Source: Mycobacterium sp. (GTDB lineage Bacteria; Actinomycetota; Actinomycetes; Mycobacteriales; Mycobacteriaceae). Taken from it: DNA of 45,375 bases. This document shows, piece after piece, positions 44,010-45,375 of this stretch. Location of the stretch: positions 1 through 45,375 of the forward strand of contig JAVHWG010000491.1 of NCBI GenBank assembly GCA_032159965.1, given 5' to 3'. The number at the start of each line of letters is the position of its first letter. Position 1 is the first letter of the stretch. The notes beneath the pieces are model-generated. The model was not told the DNA's origin, did not search any database, and worked only from the letters and a program-made list of their open reading frames with translations. Position numbers and translations under genes: made by a program.

Positions 44010-45205
44010 GTCCCGAACCTGTATACATCCTCGGCGCGGGGATGCACCCGTGGGGCAAGTGGGGTTCCGACTTCACCGAATACGGTGTGGTGGCCGCCCG
44101 CGCCGCGTTGGCAGAGGCCGGAATGGATTGGCGACAGATCCAGATGGTCGCGGGCGCCGACACCATCCGCAACGGCTACCCCGGCTTCATCGCAGGATCG
44201 ACGTTCGCGCAGAAGCTGGGCTGGAACGGCGTTGCGGTGAGTTCGAGTTATGCGGCCTGTGCAAGCGGGTCGCAAGCGCTGCAGAGTGCCCGCGCACACA
44301 TCCTGGCAGGCTTCTGCGACGTCGCGTTGGTGATCGGCGCCGACACCACTCCGAAGGGGGCCTTCGCGCCGGTAGGTGGGGAACGCAGGAACGACCCGGA
44401 CTGGCAGCGGTTCCACTTGATCGGTGCGATGAACCCCGTGTACTTCGCGTTGCTGGCCCGCCGCCGGATGGATCTGTACGGCGCGACCCAGGAAGACTTC
44501 GCGCAGGTGAAGGTCAAGAATTCGCGGCACGGTCTGCAGAATCCGAATGCCCGCTACCGCAAGGAGTCTGCGGTTGAGGACGTGCTGGGCAGCCCGGTGG
44601 TGTCCGACCCGCTGCGGCAGTTGGACATCTGCGCGACCTCCGACGGTGCCGCCGCGCTGATCGTGGCGAGCCGGTCGTTCGCCGAAAAGCATCTCGGCTC
44701 AGTCGACGGCGTGCCATCGGTGCGTGCGGTCAGCACGGTAACCCCGCGCTATCCGCAGCACCTACCCGAATTGCCGGACATCGCAACCGATTCCACCGCG
44801 GCAGTGGCTGCACCGGAGCGGGTTTTCAAGGACCAGATCCTCGACGCGGCGTACGCCGAGGCCGGTATCGGTCCCGACGATGTCAGCGTTGCCGAGGTCT
44901 ACGACTTGTCCACGGCATTGGAACTCGACTGGTACGAGCACCTTGGACTCTGTGCGAAGGGTGAGGCCGAGTTGCTGTTGCGCAGCGGGGCGACGACGAT
45001 CGGCGGTCGCGTGCCGGTGAACCCGTCGGGTGGTCTGGCGTGCTTCGGCGAGGCGATCCCCGCGCAGGCGATTGCGCAGGTGTGCGAGCTGACTTGGCAG
45101 TTGCGCGGTCAAGCCACCGGGCGCCAAGTCGAGGGGGCGACGGTGGGCATCACCGCGAACCAAGGCCTCTTCGGCCACGGCTCATCCGTAATCGTCGCGC
45201 GCTGA
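44006..45205 (+). CDS. SCP-x-type thiolase / lipid-transfer protein (Rv1627c-like)
   Basis: ACASGSQAL, CATSDGAAA, AEVYD and VNPSGGL motifs. ATG 44006 overlaps the upstream stop. Confidence 0.92.
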   Translation: MSPEPVYILGAGMHPWGKWGSDFTEYGVVAARAALAEAGMDWRQIQMVAGADTIRNGYPGFIAGSTFAQKLGWNGVAVSSSYAACASGSQALQSARAHILAGFCDVALVIGADTTPKGAFAPVGGERRNDPDWQRFHLIGAMNPVYFALLARRRMDLYGATQEDFAQVKVKNSRHGLQNPNARYRKESAVEDVLGSPVVSDPLRQLDICATSDGAAALIVASRSFAEKHLGSVDGVPSVRAVSTVTPRYPQHLPELPDIATDSTAAVAAPERVFKDQILDAAYAEAGIGPDDVSVAEVYDLSTALELDWYEHLGLCAKGEAELLLRSGATTIGGRVPVNPSGGLACFGEAIPAQAIAQVCELTWQLRGQATGRQVEGATVGITANQGLFGHGSSVIVAR

Positions 45206-45219
45206 TTCCGTAAACGTAC

Positions 45220-45375
45220 TCAGCCGCAGTCGCTTTCGTCGTCGTCGTCGTTTTCGGGCTGCATTCTTTCGGGGTGCCAGTAGGTGTTGGTGCGGGGTCC
45301 GTTGGTGTGCAGGTGTGGTGGCGGGATCCATTCGGTGGTGCCGTCTTTGCGTTTGCGGGTGCTCCAGCCGTCGGT
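45220..45375 (-). CDS. 3' end of a DUF222/HNH endonuclease gene (REP13E12-type)
   Basis: Reverse-strand translation [51 protein letters not shown] matches the characteristic C-terminus of this family; truncated by the window edge. Confidence 0.85.
   Translation of the reverse strand, partial: TDGWSTRKRKDGTTEWIPPPHLHTNGPRTNTYWHPERMQPENDDDDESDCG

Overview
This is a GC-rich actinobacterial chromosome segment, almost certainly from a rapidly growing mycobacterium (Mycolicibacterium-like). It is syntenic with the M. tuberculosis Rv1627c-Rv1658 region but lacks the PE17, PE_PGRS30 and Rv1635c equivalents. The core backbone, mostly on the minus strand, comprises argG(5' part)-argR-argF-argD-argB-argJ-argC, pheT-pheS, a membrane protein and an adenylate cyclase, an MpaB-like oxygenase, trmH-rplT-rpmI-infC, lysX, an esterase, uvrA, an MBL hydrolase, a USP, an MFS pump, uvrB, DUF402, coaE, rpsA, polA and a KstR-controlled OB-fold/thiolase pair. 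Accessory genes are inserted into this backbone: an AlkZ-like glycosylase, an SDR, UdgX, two small hypothetical proteins, a divergent tRNA-Cys, MgtC, a TIR-DUF2510 fusion divergent from a PrsW protease, and the 3' end of a DUF222/HNH (REP13E12-type) gene. Several cis-elements can be read directly: tandem ARG boxes, three PafBC/RecA-NDp promoters, a SoxR/MerR-type 19-bp-spacer promoter, a KstR box, a SigF-like promoter and an L20-leader-like attenuator. The best candidates for undescribed biology are the TIR-DUF2510/PrsW locus, a stand-alone PspA C-terminal-like mini protein, and the SoxR-box-driven MFS pump. Family assignments and comparisons to reference genomes come from motif recognition and recall; no searches were run.
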